This document shows, in pieces, positions 52,801 through 64,000 of a DNA stretch of 64,000 bases. The position numbers and the translations under genes were made by a program. Under the pieces are notes generated by a model. The model saw only the letters and a program-made list of their open reading frames with translations. It was not told the DNA's origin and did not search any database. Source of the stretch: Paraspadella gotoi (taxonomy: Eukaryota; Animalia; Chaetognatha); NCBI GenBank assembly GCA_051294375.1, contig CM119271.1, positions 8,856,120 to 8,920,119 on the forward strand, given 5' to 3'. Position 1 is the stretch's first letter, and the number at the start of each line of letters is the position of its first letter.

Positions 52801-53646
52801 ATGATCCCCGATGAGAGGACGATGAAGGAACCCAGTTCCGCCGAAGACCCCAACGACGCCGTCGACGAAACGGTCCTCGTGAGTAAACTCCCCTCGATCC
52901 CTTCCTCCGACGATTTTCCTTCCTTGGCCGAAAATGCGAAGAGGTTGGTTCGGACTTCGGGATAAGAGATTTCTAATTGTAGGAATGTGGTTAGAATTAA
53001 AGCAACTGTCCACTCGATTTCAGTTGCCTAACATCCGACGGAAGCATTGACGCCCGATTGCACCGGCTGCGGTCAGTGACGCACAGCGTCGTCGCGGCTC
53101 AAAAGCTTCGTCGGACTTCCTCGCTGCAAGGTAAATACGTCGCCATCACTCCCAACGAGCGCGACAACCTGGAACACATCCAGCACATGACGGAGGACAT
53201 CACTGCCAGGTATTTAAGATTGTAAAATTGATTTACGTACAATTTTTAACAAACTTCTTTCATTAATTGTAATCAACAGGCTTGATCGTTTGCGCGACGA
53301 CGACGACGGTGCCGCAGCCGCCGCCGATTCCGTGGAGGCATCCGAAACGACTCATCCCTCCGACGAACCTCATGGCCCCCTTTACCTTGCCGGTGAGGTC
53401 CGCGTCCGTGGAAAGTTCGTGCAGGTCGTCTCTTTCGACGGATGCAGTGATCGGGACGACGGCCACGTCCCTCCGCCTCAGAACAACAATGAGGGCATCT
53501 CCCCCTTTCCGCCGCTCCCTCCTTCGGACTCCTTCGCCTTCGTTAACGGCGACGTGGACGAGATGGAGGAAGACAACGATGGAGACGACGCCACAGCTTC
53601 TTTGGAGCAGAGGCTTCGGTTGTTGACGGACGAGAGGTCGCAATGA
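52801..53646 (+). CDS. Uncharacterised acidic, largely disordered protein; exons 52801-52943, 53024-53209, 53280-53646
   Basis: Phase-compatible GT-AG introns (AG|GTTGGT...TTTCAG; AG|GTATTT...AACAG) give a continuous ORF MIPDERTMKEPS...ARLHRLRSVTHSVVAAQKLRR...HMTEDITARLDRLR...LEQRLRLLTDERSQ. Exon-like GC content; no family recognised; may have an upstream exon. Confidence 0.6.
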
Positions 53647-53952
53647 CGTCTGCGCCTACCAATGATATAGATTGTCATTCCTTAAAGTGGCTCAATGGTT
53701 TGAAAAATCGTTTTATTCCTTTTTGGCGTCTATTGTTATTGTACATACCAGTATTTATCTATGTACATTCTGGTCTTTTCTTAGTGGACGTTTTGTAGTT
53801 CGCTATTTTCTAGTCAATCTTTAGCCAATTCCTCGCTGGATTTCCCACCTCATTTTTTAAACATTTTCTTTAGATTCACCCGTCTCTTTCCCCCCCCTCA
53901 CCCCACTTCCGATATCTAAGTTTTTTTTTAAAGAAAATGAACTCACGGTAGC

Positions 53953-54887
53953 ATGGAATCTGTGATGTCAGTAGGCAATGAACCACGCACCCGGGCCTCC
54001 AACACCCAAACTTCAGCCCTTTGTGCCCAAGAGATCGGTGACATTCGGCAGCGAACGGCCGAACGACGCGCCTGGTATTGTCACGCAGCCGCAGCGGCGT
54101 TCACTGGCGCCGCCGCCTTCGTCGCCGTTCGACGCGGTAGGCAGGTCGGCTTCCGAAGACTCTTTAGTTCCGTCTCGGGACCGAAAGATTTTCTCTACAT
54201 TGGGGTTTTGTATGGCGCCGGGGATGTCTCGCAGCAGCTAGTCACGCAGGCGCGCAAGTAAGTCGCGGTTGATGTTGGACTCATGAATCGTTACAGTTAT
54301 CGCTCATGAATCTTCATCATCCACCACAGGTCCTGGCGAGAAAACACCGACGATCTCCCTGCGGAATTAAATGTTGACTGGAAGGGCGTGGGAACTGTGA
54401 CGCTTGTCGGCGCCTCCGTCTTCGGCCCACTTAATCATTACTGGTATACTTTTCTCGATAAGATGATCCGTGGACGAAGCGCCAAAACTGTTTTGAAGAA
54501 GGTGATCGTCGATCAACTGAGTCTCCCCATTCCCGTCGCCTTGTTTTTCGTCGTCATGTCGGTCATGCGAGCCAAGCCCGACATTTTCGAAGACATGAAG
54601 GTAAGGAGGGTCTTCGAAGTGAGAAATTTGTTTATCTTATTAGGTAACTACTATTTTATCGTAATGTTTTTAAAAAAAAATTTTTCCTTAAGGCGAAGTT
54701 TTTGACAACTTACCTCTACGGGTCCGTGCTTTGGCCGACGACGCAGTTCTTCAACTTCATGTTCGTCCCTCGATCTTCGCGAGTTCTCTTCATCGGTTTC
54801 ATCGAGTTGCTGTGGGCCAACGTGTTGTGCTTCATGAAGGACTTGGAGGTGGACGCCGACAGTGCTGAGGAATCGCTCGAGGGTTGA
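53953..54887 (+). CDS. Mpv17/PMP22-family membrane protein (MPV17L-like); exons 53953-54257, 54330-54600, 54693-54887
   Basis: LYGAGDVSQQL, FGPLNHYWYTFLDK, KTVLKKVIVDQL, LWPTTQFFNFMFVP...RVLF; introns are phase-compatible. Start codon uncertain. Confidence 0.9.
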
Positions 54888-55221
54888 TGCTCTTTTCCAT
54901 AGACATACGACGCTCAATAAGCCCTTCTTACTTAGATTTATTACAGGAAAACTAACTCGCCCGATACCTTTAGTATATTCCTTAAATCCTCGCATTTCCT
55001 GCGCGTGGATCTCTTCCGTTTTACGTCGCCGATTTTATTTTAAAAGCACCGTACCCGATGCTTATTAATCATTCCAGGAACTCATTAGCGAGTATGAAAC
55101 GGCGCCTGTGATATTGATGAACCTTTAGTGTGCTTCAGGATATGCCTCGACCACAGTGTTTTTTTTGTTACCGGTGTTTATCGATTAGCCTTTGCTATTT
55201 CTTAAATCTCAAGGGACAGCC

Positions 55222-57100
55222 ATGCGTGCCAACCTCATTTTGAGGAGACTTTTCGCTCTGGTTGACAAAACTCGTGAAAGTCGCCGCCTTGGATCTACTC
55301 TCTCCAACGGCGAACCTTTCCACCTGACCACGCCCATCTTTTACGTCAACGGTGATCCTCATTTGGGCCACGCCTACACGGCCGTCCTCGCCGACTGCCT
55401 CCACCGATGGCAGCGTCTCAAGGGAGCGGCCGGGACTCGCTTCTCCACCGGCACCGACGAGCACGGGGCCAAGGTCGAAGAGGCCGCGCGTCGCTCCGAC
55501 GCCGCTCCCGAGGACTTTTGTCGCCGAGTGAGCGACCGCTTTCGATCGACATTCGACGATCTCGACGTCGGCTACACGGACTTCGTGCGGACGACGGATC
55601 CGCGCCACGCCGATTCGGTATCCACCTTTTGGCGCCGCCTCGCCGATCGGGGCTTCCTGCGGAAAGGCCGCTACGGCGGTTGGTACTCGACGACGGAGGA
55701 AGCGTTCCTCGTGGCACCAGATGTAAAACGCGACGAAGAGACGGGCGGGTTTTTGTGTCGAGCGACGGGACGGACTGTGACTTGGAATGAAGAGGAGAAC
55801 TACTTGTTCGAATTGGCGCGGTTCAAAGAACCGTTGACGAGATGGTTGACCGAGAACGAGGTGAGGGTCAGGAATCGGCGAGAGAATTGTAAATCATCTT
55901 TCCGTAAATCAACCCAGTGAACCCTCGTCATCGCAACAGATCGTTCAACCTAAAACTTTCCTTCCCGCCGTCTTGGGAATGATCGACGAGATCAGCGGCG
56001 ACCTTTCCGTTTCTCGTCTTCGCTCAAAGCTCTCGTGGGGAATTCCCGTTCCTGGAGACGAATCGCAGACAATATATGTCTGGCTGGACGCCCTCGTCAA
56101 CTACCTCACTGCGGCCGGCTATCCCGACGAACATGTCGACCGATGGCCTGGAACGATACACCTTGTTGGTTAATCACTCTCTCGGTATTTTTTATTTAAT
56201 TGACGTTTAAATAATATGTTAATAATTGATTACAGGGAAAGACATTTTAAAGTTCCACGCCATCTACTGGCCTGCATTTCTGATGGCGGCCGGTTTGCTC
56301 CTTCCACGACGCATCATGGTGCACTCCCACTGGCTCGTCGACCACGTCAAGATGTCCAAAAGCCTTGGCAACGTCGTCGATCCTCGCCAGTTGATCGAGA
56401 AGGTCTCAGCCGATGGGCTCCGCTACTTTTTGCTTGCCGAAGGTGTGCCGCAGCAGGATGGAAACTGTAACGAGAAGGTGATAATTGAATTCGACTTCCT
56501 TTGTTTTACTGACTTCGTAAGTGACAAACTTATGATTTTTTTTTTCTCCAGAAAATCATTGAAAAACTCAACGCGGAACTCTGCAACACTTTCGGCAACC
56601 TGCTCAATCGAGTGACGGGGAAAAAACTGAATCCCGATCAGATCTTTCCCTCTTTGCTTAAAACTGAGTTCGATGACCTCATCCTCGCGGATCCCACCTC
56701 GCGAACCCTCGCCGAATCTCTCACCTCTCTTCCCGCCGCCGTCGACGAAGCCTTCGACGGATTTCGCGTCTATCAGGGCTGCGACCGAGTCATGACTTCA
56801 TTGCGAGAAGCCAATCAGTTCCTTCAACACGCCCGTCCGTGGACTCTGGATCGTCAGCGAGATGGCGCGCGCTTTCGAGCCGTTCTTTTTATCGTCATGG
56901 AATCGCTGCGCGTCAACGCCATCCTTCTTCAGCCGGTCGTGCCCGGTTTGGCGAGGCAGGCCCTTGACTCTTTAGGCGTGCCTGAGGAAGACCGAAGGTG
57001 GTCGGACTCTAAACCGTTTCGATTGGGTCGAGGCATAGAGCATGAGGATAGGCCTTTATTGCCGTCGAAGAGTTCTCTTTATCAAAGGATCGTTGTGTGA
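55222..57100 (+). CDS. MARS2: Mitochondrial methionine-tRNA ligase; exons 55222-55860, 55940-56168, 56236-56477, 56552-57100
   Basis: [17 protein letters not shown] (HIGH motif), [54 protein letters not shown]; Arg-rich presequence-like N-terminus. Confidence 0.95.
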
Positions 57101-57743
57101 CGATTTTGGAGATTTTTATCTAGCATAAACATTACAAAGTTGTCTTCCCGCTCTGTGATCGTTTTGTTTTATTCTTTTTGTAATTCATTTTGGAGAATTA
57201 TTTAAACATTTCAAATTTGTCATCATTATTGAATATTTATGTTTTCGCTCACTTTCTTGCTTCCCTATCGCTACTCGTCTCCAGTGGTTTTCACGGGCAA
57301 ATGACTCTAAAGGCGGGCGCCTGCCTGTTCATCGTCTTCGCCTTCTTTGCCTCTTGCTTCAATCTAGTCTACTTTGGCTCCGGCTCCATCCTGGTTTTTC
57401 TCCGAAAACTGGCTTTTCACTATGCGATAGAGTGGACTCTTTTCCTCGGGGTTTTGAGCATTTCTGTCGGAAGAAGTCTCTGTATGCGTTTGGTTCGCTG
57501 TCCACAGGTTTGTGGGAGAAAATACCTATGACATTGGTTCAACCAATATAATAATTAATAATTTGACATGAAGGCTTGAACTAAAAACCGAAACAAGTCC
57601 GTTTTAAATGTTCAATAAAAATCGTTGTAAAAATTCAAACTTTGCCAATCTCTAATACATTTCGAAACAACGAAAAGAAAGAATTATTACATTAATATTT
57701 AACATTAATAATTACATTCAGGCAAAGTCCGATCCTTAAAGCC

Positions 57744-58024
57744 ATGGGTCTCTTTGGCAAGGGCCGCGATCCCAAGGCCCAGGTCCGCGAGTGGACGTCA
57801 AAGCTGCGCACGGAGCACAACCGCGTCGAGCGCCAAATCAATCAGACGAAACGCGAGGAAGAGAAGGTGGCCGTCTCCCTCAAGCAGGCCGCCAAGAAGG
57901 GCGACAAGGAGTCCTGCCGCATTTTGGCCAAGGAAGTCGTCAGGTCCCGCAAGGCCGTCAACAAGATGTATTCGTCCAAGGTATTGGAAGATCTTTGTTA
58001 CGTTTTGTAGTGCAAAATAGCTTA

Positions 58025-58075
<51 letters not shown>

Positions 58076-58577
58076 GCTCGCATCAACTCTGTGCGGATGC
58101 AAATGGAGAATCAGCTTGCCGTCGTTAAAGTGACGGGAGAGTTGGAGCGAAGCACCGCCACGATGGCCGCCATGCAAAAGCTCGTGAAGATCCCCGAGAT
58201 GCAGGCCGTCATGCTCACCATGTCCAAGGAGATGGCCAAAGCGGGGATCATCGAGGAAATGGTTGAGGAAACCTTGGAGCAGACGGAAGACGACGACATC
58301 GAGGAAGCCGCCGACAAAGAGATCGAAAACGTCCTTTGGGAATTGACAAAGGGTGAATATCGTAGGCTCTAAAAATAGTTTATTTCCTACTAATATTTGT
58401 CTTTGTTCTATTGTCAAACATCTCATTCATTCTTCAGGTCAACTCGGTGAAGCCCCGGAAGCTCTGGAAGAGACGTTGCCGTCCACCGCAGAGGAGGTGC
58501 TGGAGGAAGTGGGCGCGACGGCCGCGGTCGACGATGTTGACGAAATGCAGGCGCGACTCGCGTCTCTCAGAAATTAA
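57744..58577 (+). CDS. CHMP3: ESCRT-III subunit CHMP3/Vps24; exons 57744-57980, 58076-58352, 58438-58577
   Basis: MGLFGK..PKAQVREW, ILAKEVVRSRKAVNKMYSSKARINSV, MSKEMAKAGIIEEMVEET, C-terminal MIM EMQARLASLRN. Confidence 0.95.
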
Positions 58578-58953
58578 ATTTATAGAAACCAAAAGTTGCA
58601 CACTTTCGAGAATTGTTTTACTCACGCCAATTTTTTTTTTTTTTTTCATGGGCTTGGGGGGGATGTGGGATTACTTTTAATTCCGTTTACACTGGACATT
58701 AATAGCAACGTTTTTTTGTTGTGTACAAAATGATCTCGGCATTTTTTTTTTCAAAGTTTTAAGAACGAAATTTATTTATCGACATTCCTTCATTTGCGTA
58801 ATACAATACATTGACCGTAATTCGTTTTTTGAGTAGTTTTGTACTCATTTCATTCGTTTTTATTTTTTTTCTTTTTCAACCTTTACAACTATATTATTAT
58901 CCTTATTCTTTGCCGAAAAATTCCCAGCCAATCTAGGTCTCGGAAATAAAAAA

Positions 58954-59958
58954 ATGGAGACTCGGCTCTGCCTGACGGAGCAGTCGAACCGCGTCCTCCT
59001 GGACGAGGTGCTCCGTCTACAGAGCCAACTCCACAAGGCGGTGCAGGCTTCGCAAGAGGCGTTGGCCGCCGAGAGAAAATCCCGCGACAAACTCGAGACG
59101 GAACTGATCAACATCCGCGACAGCCTCGACAACATCTCGCAGCGCCTGGAGCGCGTGGAGGGGACGTCGCAGCTCGACCGCAACTCCCTCATCGCCGTCG
59201 TCAATCAGGCCCGGTCGCTGGAGCAAATACTCACTCAGACCAACCACGAGCTTCGGCGGGATCAGGTTAGGATTTGGGGGGGGGTGGTCCGTGGTCGGAT
59301 GTGAAACTGATGGTCTGTGTACTAGATGGATCGGTAGGAAGGATGATGGGAAATTTCTGTTTTTAAAGTCATTTTAATATGATTTTAAAACGTCACCGTC
59401 ATTAATATTTAACAGGGCCAACAAAACGTCCAGATACAAGAGATGCGCGCCGAGTTGGACGAGATGTCCGCGACCCACAACCGCATGGAATCGATCGTCT
59501 ACAACCTTGCCGACGACATGCGCAACCTTAAGGGCGCCACCAGACTCCACTACAAGCAGTTCCGCACCGTCTCGGCCGAGCTCAACCATCGCACGGACAA
59601 GATCCGCCACGAGAACAAGCGAACGCTCGATCGGATCCGCGCTTGCCAAGATAAGACGACCCAGAGCGAGGTCAACACGGCCAACCTGCGAATCCACGTC
59701 GGAGCCCGGATGGCCGAGATCAGCGATGCCCTCCTCGGCCTCAACGAGAAAGTCGAAGTCTCCATCCAGAAACAGAGCCAGTTCGAGCAGCGGGTCTCGG
59801 ACCGGTTCGACCAGGTCCAATCCCTCATGGACATGCAGACCGTGAGGGTGAACGGCACCAACACTTTTGTCAAGACCTACCACATGGTCGAGACCGCCGG
59901 CAGCTACACCCACCCGAGACGGAGCGCCAAACCCGGCCGCCACGTCAATCATATATGA
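58954..59958 (+). CDS. Coiled-coil protein (~284 aa), loosely reminiscent of CCDC154/FAM81-type proteins; exons 58954-59265, 59416-59958
   Basis: Heptad-rich ORFs joined by a phase-0 intron (CAG|GTTAGG...AACAG|GGC). The family resemblance is from memory and weak. Confidence 0.7.
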
Positions 59959-62900
59959 TGATGACTTTCCCTTCTTTCTTCGGTACCACATCGGAGAATA
60001 GGCAACCTTTAGTACTTTATTCGCTCGATTTTTTCTGTCGGCCATTGGCATCAAAAAATCAGCGAATTCCGTAACCCCGTTAAAAAAAAACAACAAAAAA
60101 ATAGTCCGACGCGTTTGCCGACGAGCGCGCGTCGTCGCCCCCTCTATCCCATTTAGCGCCGTCGTTACCCCTGCCAATCCCCTTCCCCCCCAAACCCCAA
60201 CTATGAAAAGAAGTTCCTTCCACTTTACCTCTCAAATCAGGAAGTTTTATTTTTTATTTATTATTTTCTAGTCTGACAATCAATCATGTACTACGTCGTA
60301 CGACTCCTCGTTGTCATAGAAACATAATACCAGGTTAGCTCGCTTTTAAATTGCCTCGAAACGTGCTGAGTCTTTGTGTTCTCTCTTTTTTCTTTTTTTT
60401 TAGCTCTCCACACCTTCCCTTCCTCCTACTTCTTATTGTAGTCGACCGGTCTCGATGTTTTCGCCCTTTCGTTCGATCTCGTTATATCCTCGTGATTAAG
60501 AGTCGAATCGGGCAGCGGATCGGATCTCCTTGTAGGCGTCTCTTCGCTATTTTTTCCCCCCGTCTCTCATTACTTTTAAAAAACACCCTGTAATCATTTT
60601 TTTTTTAATTCTTAATAACTGTGTCGCCATTACGAAGCTCGTTCGGTGCGCGATTCGATCAAATGTTGTTACTCGGGGGTCATTCATGCTTTGGACTTCA
60701 AAAACGGGCCGATCTCAGTCCCAAGCCCGATTGATTCTGCGGAAGGATGCCGGTCATCCGATTCAAAAAAATATATATATATTTCCGCCCGTCCTCCTTC
60801 CCCACCTCCCTCCCTTCTCCCCCCCCCTTCTCCCCCCCTTTGAAAAGGAGCAAAACCTTTGCCCGACGAGACACAAGGCCGAGTGCTAAATTATTCACAC
60901 GTTAGTCGATATAAACCGAGCCAGTAATGTTAATTTAATTTCCCTTTTTTTTTTTCGTTGCTAATTTTTCCCGTGGCGTAACTAGTTTATTGCAGTGTAA
61001 CATGTTGCGTGCGTGATCTTGATATCGATCCGATTGTCAAAATGTGGGCCAACGGGTTCAATCTTTTCCGTTTCTTTGGTGAGAAATGGGAGAGAGAGCA
61101 GACGTGGCGTCGTCGTCGTCGTCGTCGCTCACAATTTCTTTTTTTACCGTAAATATTCGCTTAACTCGTCGTCCCTTATTTTTCAAAGCTTAAACCAAAG
61201 AAACTGATGTTGGAATTGAGAGTTGGAGTTTTAGGGCTTTGTTTGAAATTACATGGAAACCGAAGTTTTGTTCTGCCTACAGCTTTAGCCTTACGAATTG
61301 GTGTAGTGGGTCTAATTTATTATTCATTGCAGTTGAACTACTTCTTTGAATTTATATTTAAGCGTAATTGATAACCGCAAAATCCTATTAGTTCCTTAGC
61401 GAGAGATTTAATCGCCTATTTACGGTAAAATTTGTGGGTACAGTCGCGCAACATTTTTGGTAGTCTAGTGCATAGATTTTTTTCTTTCTGTAAATCTTAC
61501 TCAAATCTAGCATGACAATGTTTCAGCGTTACAATATTTTACGTGTTTATATAATAATGTCCTTTATTTCTTAATTTCTAAAAATGTTACTTTTTTTTTT
61601 TTTATCCGAATGGCATTATTCCGTGAAAGGTTTGTGATTGGATCTCACGATGAATAGATTTCCCCATAAGTCCCTCTTTCCCTGTCTGCCTTAAAGATTT
61701 CTATGAGAAAATCCCAAATTGGCTAACATTATGCGAGAATTTGGAAATGTTAATCATACTTAAGAAATATGAATAAATCTCTAAAATTTCTGACCCTAAT
61801 TTAATAACTTTTAATTGAACCGTATTGAATTAGATATGAGACGAATCGCTTGATAACTGTTCTTGCTTTACTATTATTATTAATATTATTATTATTGTTT
61901 CGTAAAACACTCAAAATCCATGATAGTGCTTACGATTTCTGGTATATTAAATCATTCTCCTTGATTCCTGTTTTTTTCATATTGCTAGTTTATTGTTAAA
62001 CAATCATATCTCTGTACTGGCTATTTTTTATTTAAATTTCGTTTTAAATTGACGGTAAAACAAAATATGGGTAACGATAACTTAAAATTTTTGTATATAC
62101 GTATTCAGAACAGTATTTTTGGGGGGGATTTACGTATGCATTAAAATGAATCTCTCAACAGTCAACACCGTTTGTATTGGGGTCGTTGTCGTTATTAATT
62201 TATTATGTAACACTGTTTTTTATGCCGTCTTTAGAATCATATTCAGTCGCTCATTATCACAAATACCGCAGGAACCCGTCGTTCCGCTTCTATTGTTCTT
62301 AACTTATTGACAATTTTTTTTGTTTTCTTTTCTTGATCTGTTTTCATTTTTTTGATAAATTAAGATGAAAAATCGAAAAAAAGGTATTCCATAGTCGCAA
62401 TTTCGATTAAAAAGCCATGATTTAAAAAAAAATAATGATATATGTTTATGATTTATTACAATATTGAAATATCCTTCAATATTTTTCTATTCAATAATAA
62501 GTAATTGAAATGAAGTTTTCATTTACGTATTTAAATGTAATAGAAGACCAGAGAGTGTCCCATTAAGTGGCGGTTAGCCGCTGGTAGAAACGAATACTTA
62601 ATATACTCCTCATGCATCATACCGTATTTATTCTGTCAATCATCGGCGTGTATTCGAAGAAAAAAAAAATTAAATCTTTTATTCCCATCAGGCAACGAAA
62701 GAATTTCCCCCCTTATGGGTTCGGCCCTCTCCCTTTGAGACAGCGACGAGCGCCTGCATGGCCCCTGGAGTGTGTGCTCTGCGTCGGTAGAGAGAGATCG
62801 TCGAGAGAGCGAGAGAGAGCGTGCGAGAGAGAAAGACCAGGCGTGGTTCGCATCAAGGGAGTGTTCCCGGTTAACGCCGCGCGGTGAAGCGTAGCGTGTT

Positions 62901-63346
62901 CCGGAAAGAAAGCGAGAGAGAGAGAGACAAGAGACGAGCAGAAAAAAGGGAAAGACTTTCCACGGTCTCTCGGCTGCCACGGGATTCTCATTCCTTCATT
63001 CAGCCGGCGAGGGATCTTCCTTTCCTCTCTCTCTCTCTCGGTTCGAGCCTCTTCGTGGGAGGAGATTCCCGATTTCCCTTTGGGAGGAGCTTTTCGTCTT
63101 CGCGATCTCGCGATCGTTTAGCGTCGAATTTTAAAAAAAATATATATATAATAACAAAAAAACAATCTTTTGTTTTCCTCTTTGAGAGGAAAACAAATAA
63201 TCTGATGACTCAAAATTAAAAACGGAGAAAGTAGGGAAAATCTTTTGACAACAAAAAAAATAAATTTAAAAAAAATCGCATTTTAAACAAAGAAAAGCGA
63301 TGGAGCCGGAAAAAAGGTTTTCCCGCGGCGGCATCGCAGAGCACCC

Positions 63347-64000
63347 ATGGATGAAGTAAAACCGGAGAAGGGAATCCAACCTGAAGTAACGTCTCCTGCT
63401 GTCGTCGTTCGTCCCCCGCTTGAGCCGACGGCCGAACACCCCCTAGTAGACCCCGTTCAGTCTCAAGTGTCCGCTGGATCGGTCGACACCGGAGCCGTAC
63501 GGGCTAGCAGTCCGGGTCAGTTTTGAATTGTTGCAGGGATGGAAAGAAATTCGTCCACAAAAGCTTTGATTTTATTTAACCTTCAACTATTTCGATTTTA
63601 GGCATAGGTCAGCACTCTCCTCATTCGGGAACGAGCCACTATACTGGATATCTACCTCAATTGCACAACGAAAATAGCATTTCACCAGCAAATCCTCAAG
63701 CAACTCCTCAAAACGGTCAACACGGAAACTTGCCGCAAATCACGTTCGGCCCACAAACCGAAAGTCACACAAATAACACGGGATCAGGTCACAACCCAGG
63801 ACCAGTCGACTCAGAATCAGGTCTTTGGTTAGGAGATTGAGGATGTGTTTATTTATGTTTGTTATTGTCATAATTGTTATTTTTAATAATATGAAACATT
63901 TATAATAACATTGATTTGCAGGAATCGTTGTTCAAGGTCACGACCAGGTTCGTCAAATGGAGACTAGGCTGGTGGTGGCTGAACAATCTAATAGGGCGCT
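63347..64000 (+). CDS. 5' part of a coiled-coil gene paralogous to 58954-59958 (continues beyond the window); exons ~63347-63515, 63602-~63820, 63922->
   Basis: Open Pro/Ser/Gly-rich exons with GT-AG boundaries. The last exon encodes METRLVVAEQSNRAL (ATG 63957), against METRLCLTEQSNRVL at 58954. Confidence 0.6.

Overview
Eukaryotic draft-genome scaffold from an invertebrate animal: AT-rich short introns, GC-richer exons, many AG/CT microsatellites and N gaps. 1-6.2 kb is gapped, repetitive DNA. About 6.4-12.8 kb is a frameshift-riddled BEL/Pao LTR retrotransposon (minus strand). 16.1-19.8 kb is an unusual two-exon gene joining an XK-family (Xkr scramblase-like) membrane domain, a SOCS/BC-box-like motif and a KLHDC1/2-like Kelch propeller; this is the most interesting locus. 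Two TA-flanked MITEs lie either side of it. 26.4-45.6 kb is a HERC3/4-type RCC1-HECT E3 ligase (minus) with four apparent GC-AG introns. A ~5.07 kb internal segment of this gene appears three times with increasing indel noise, probably a long-read gap-filling artefact. Head-to-head with HERC is a tight plus-strand cluster: Graf (BAR-PH-RhoGAP-SH3), an orphan gene, an Mpv17/PMP22 protein, mitochondrial MetRS, CHMP3 and two paralogous coiled-coil genes, the last running off the window. All family assignments come from motif recognition by eye; no database search was run.
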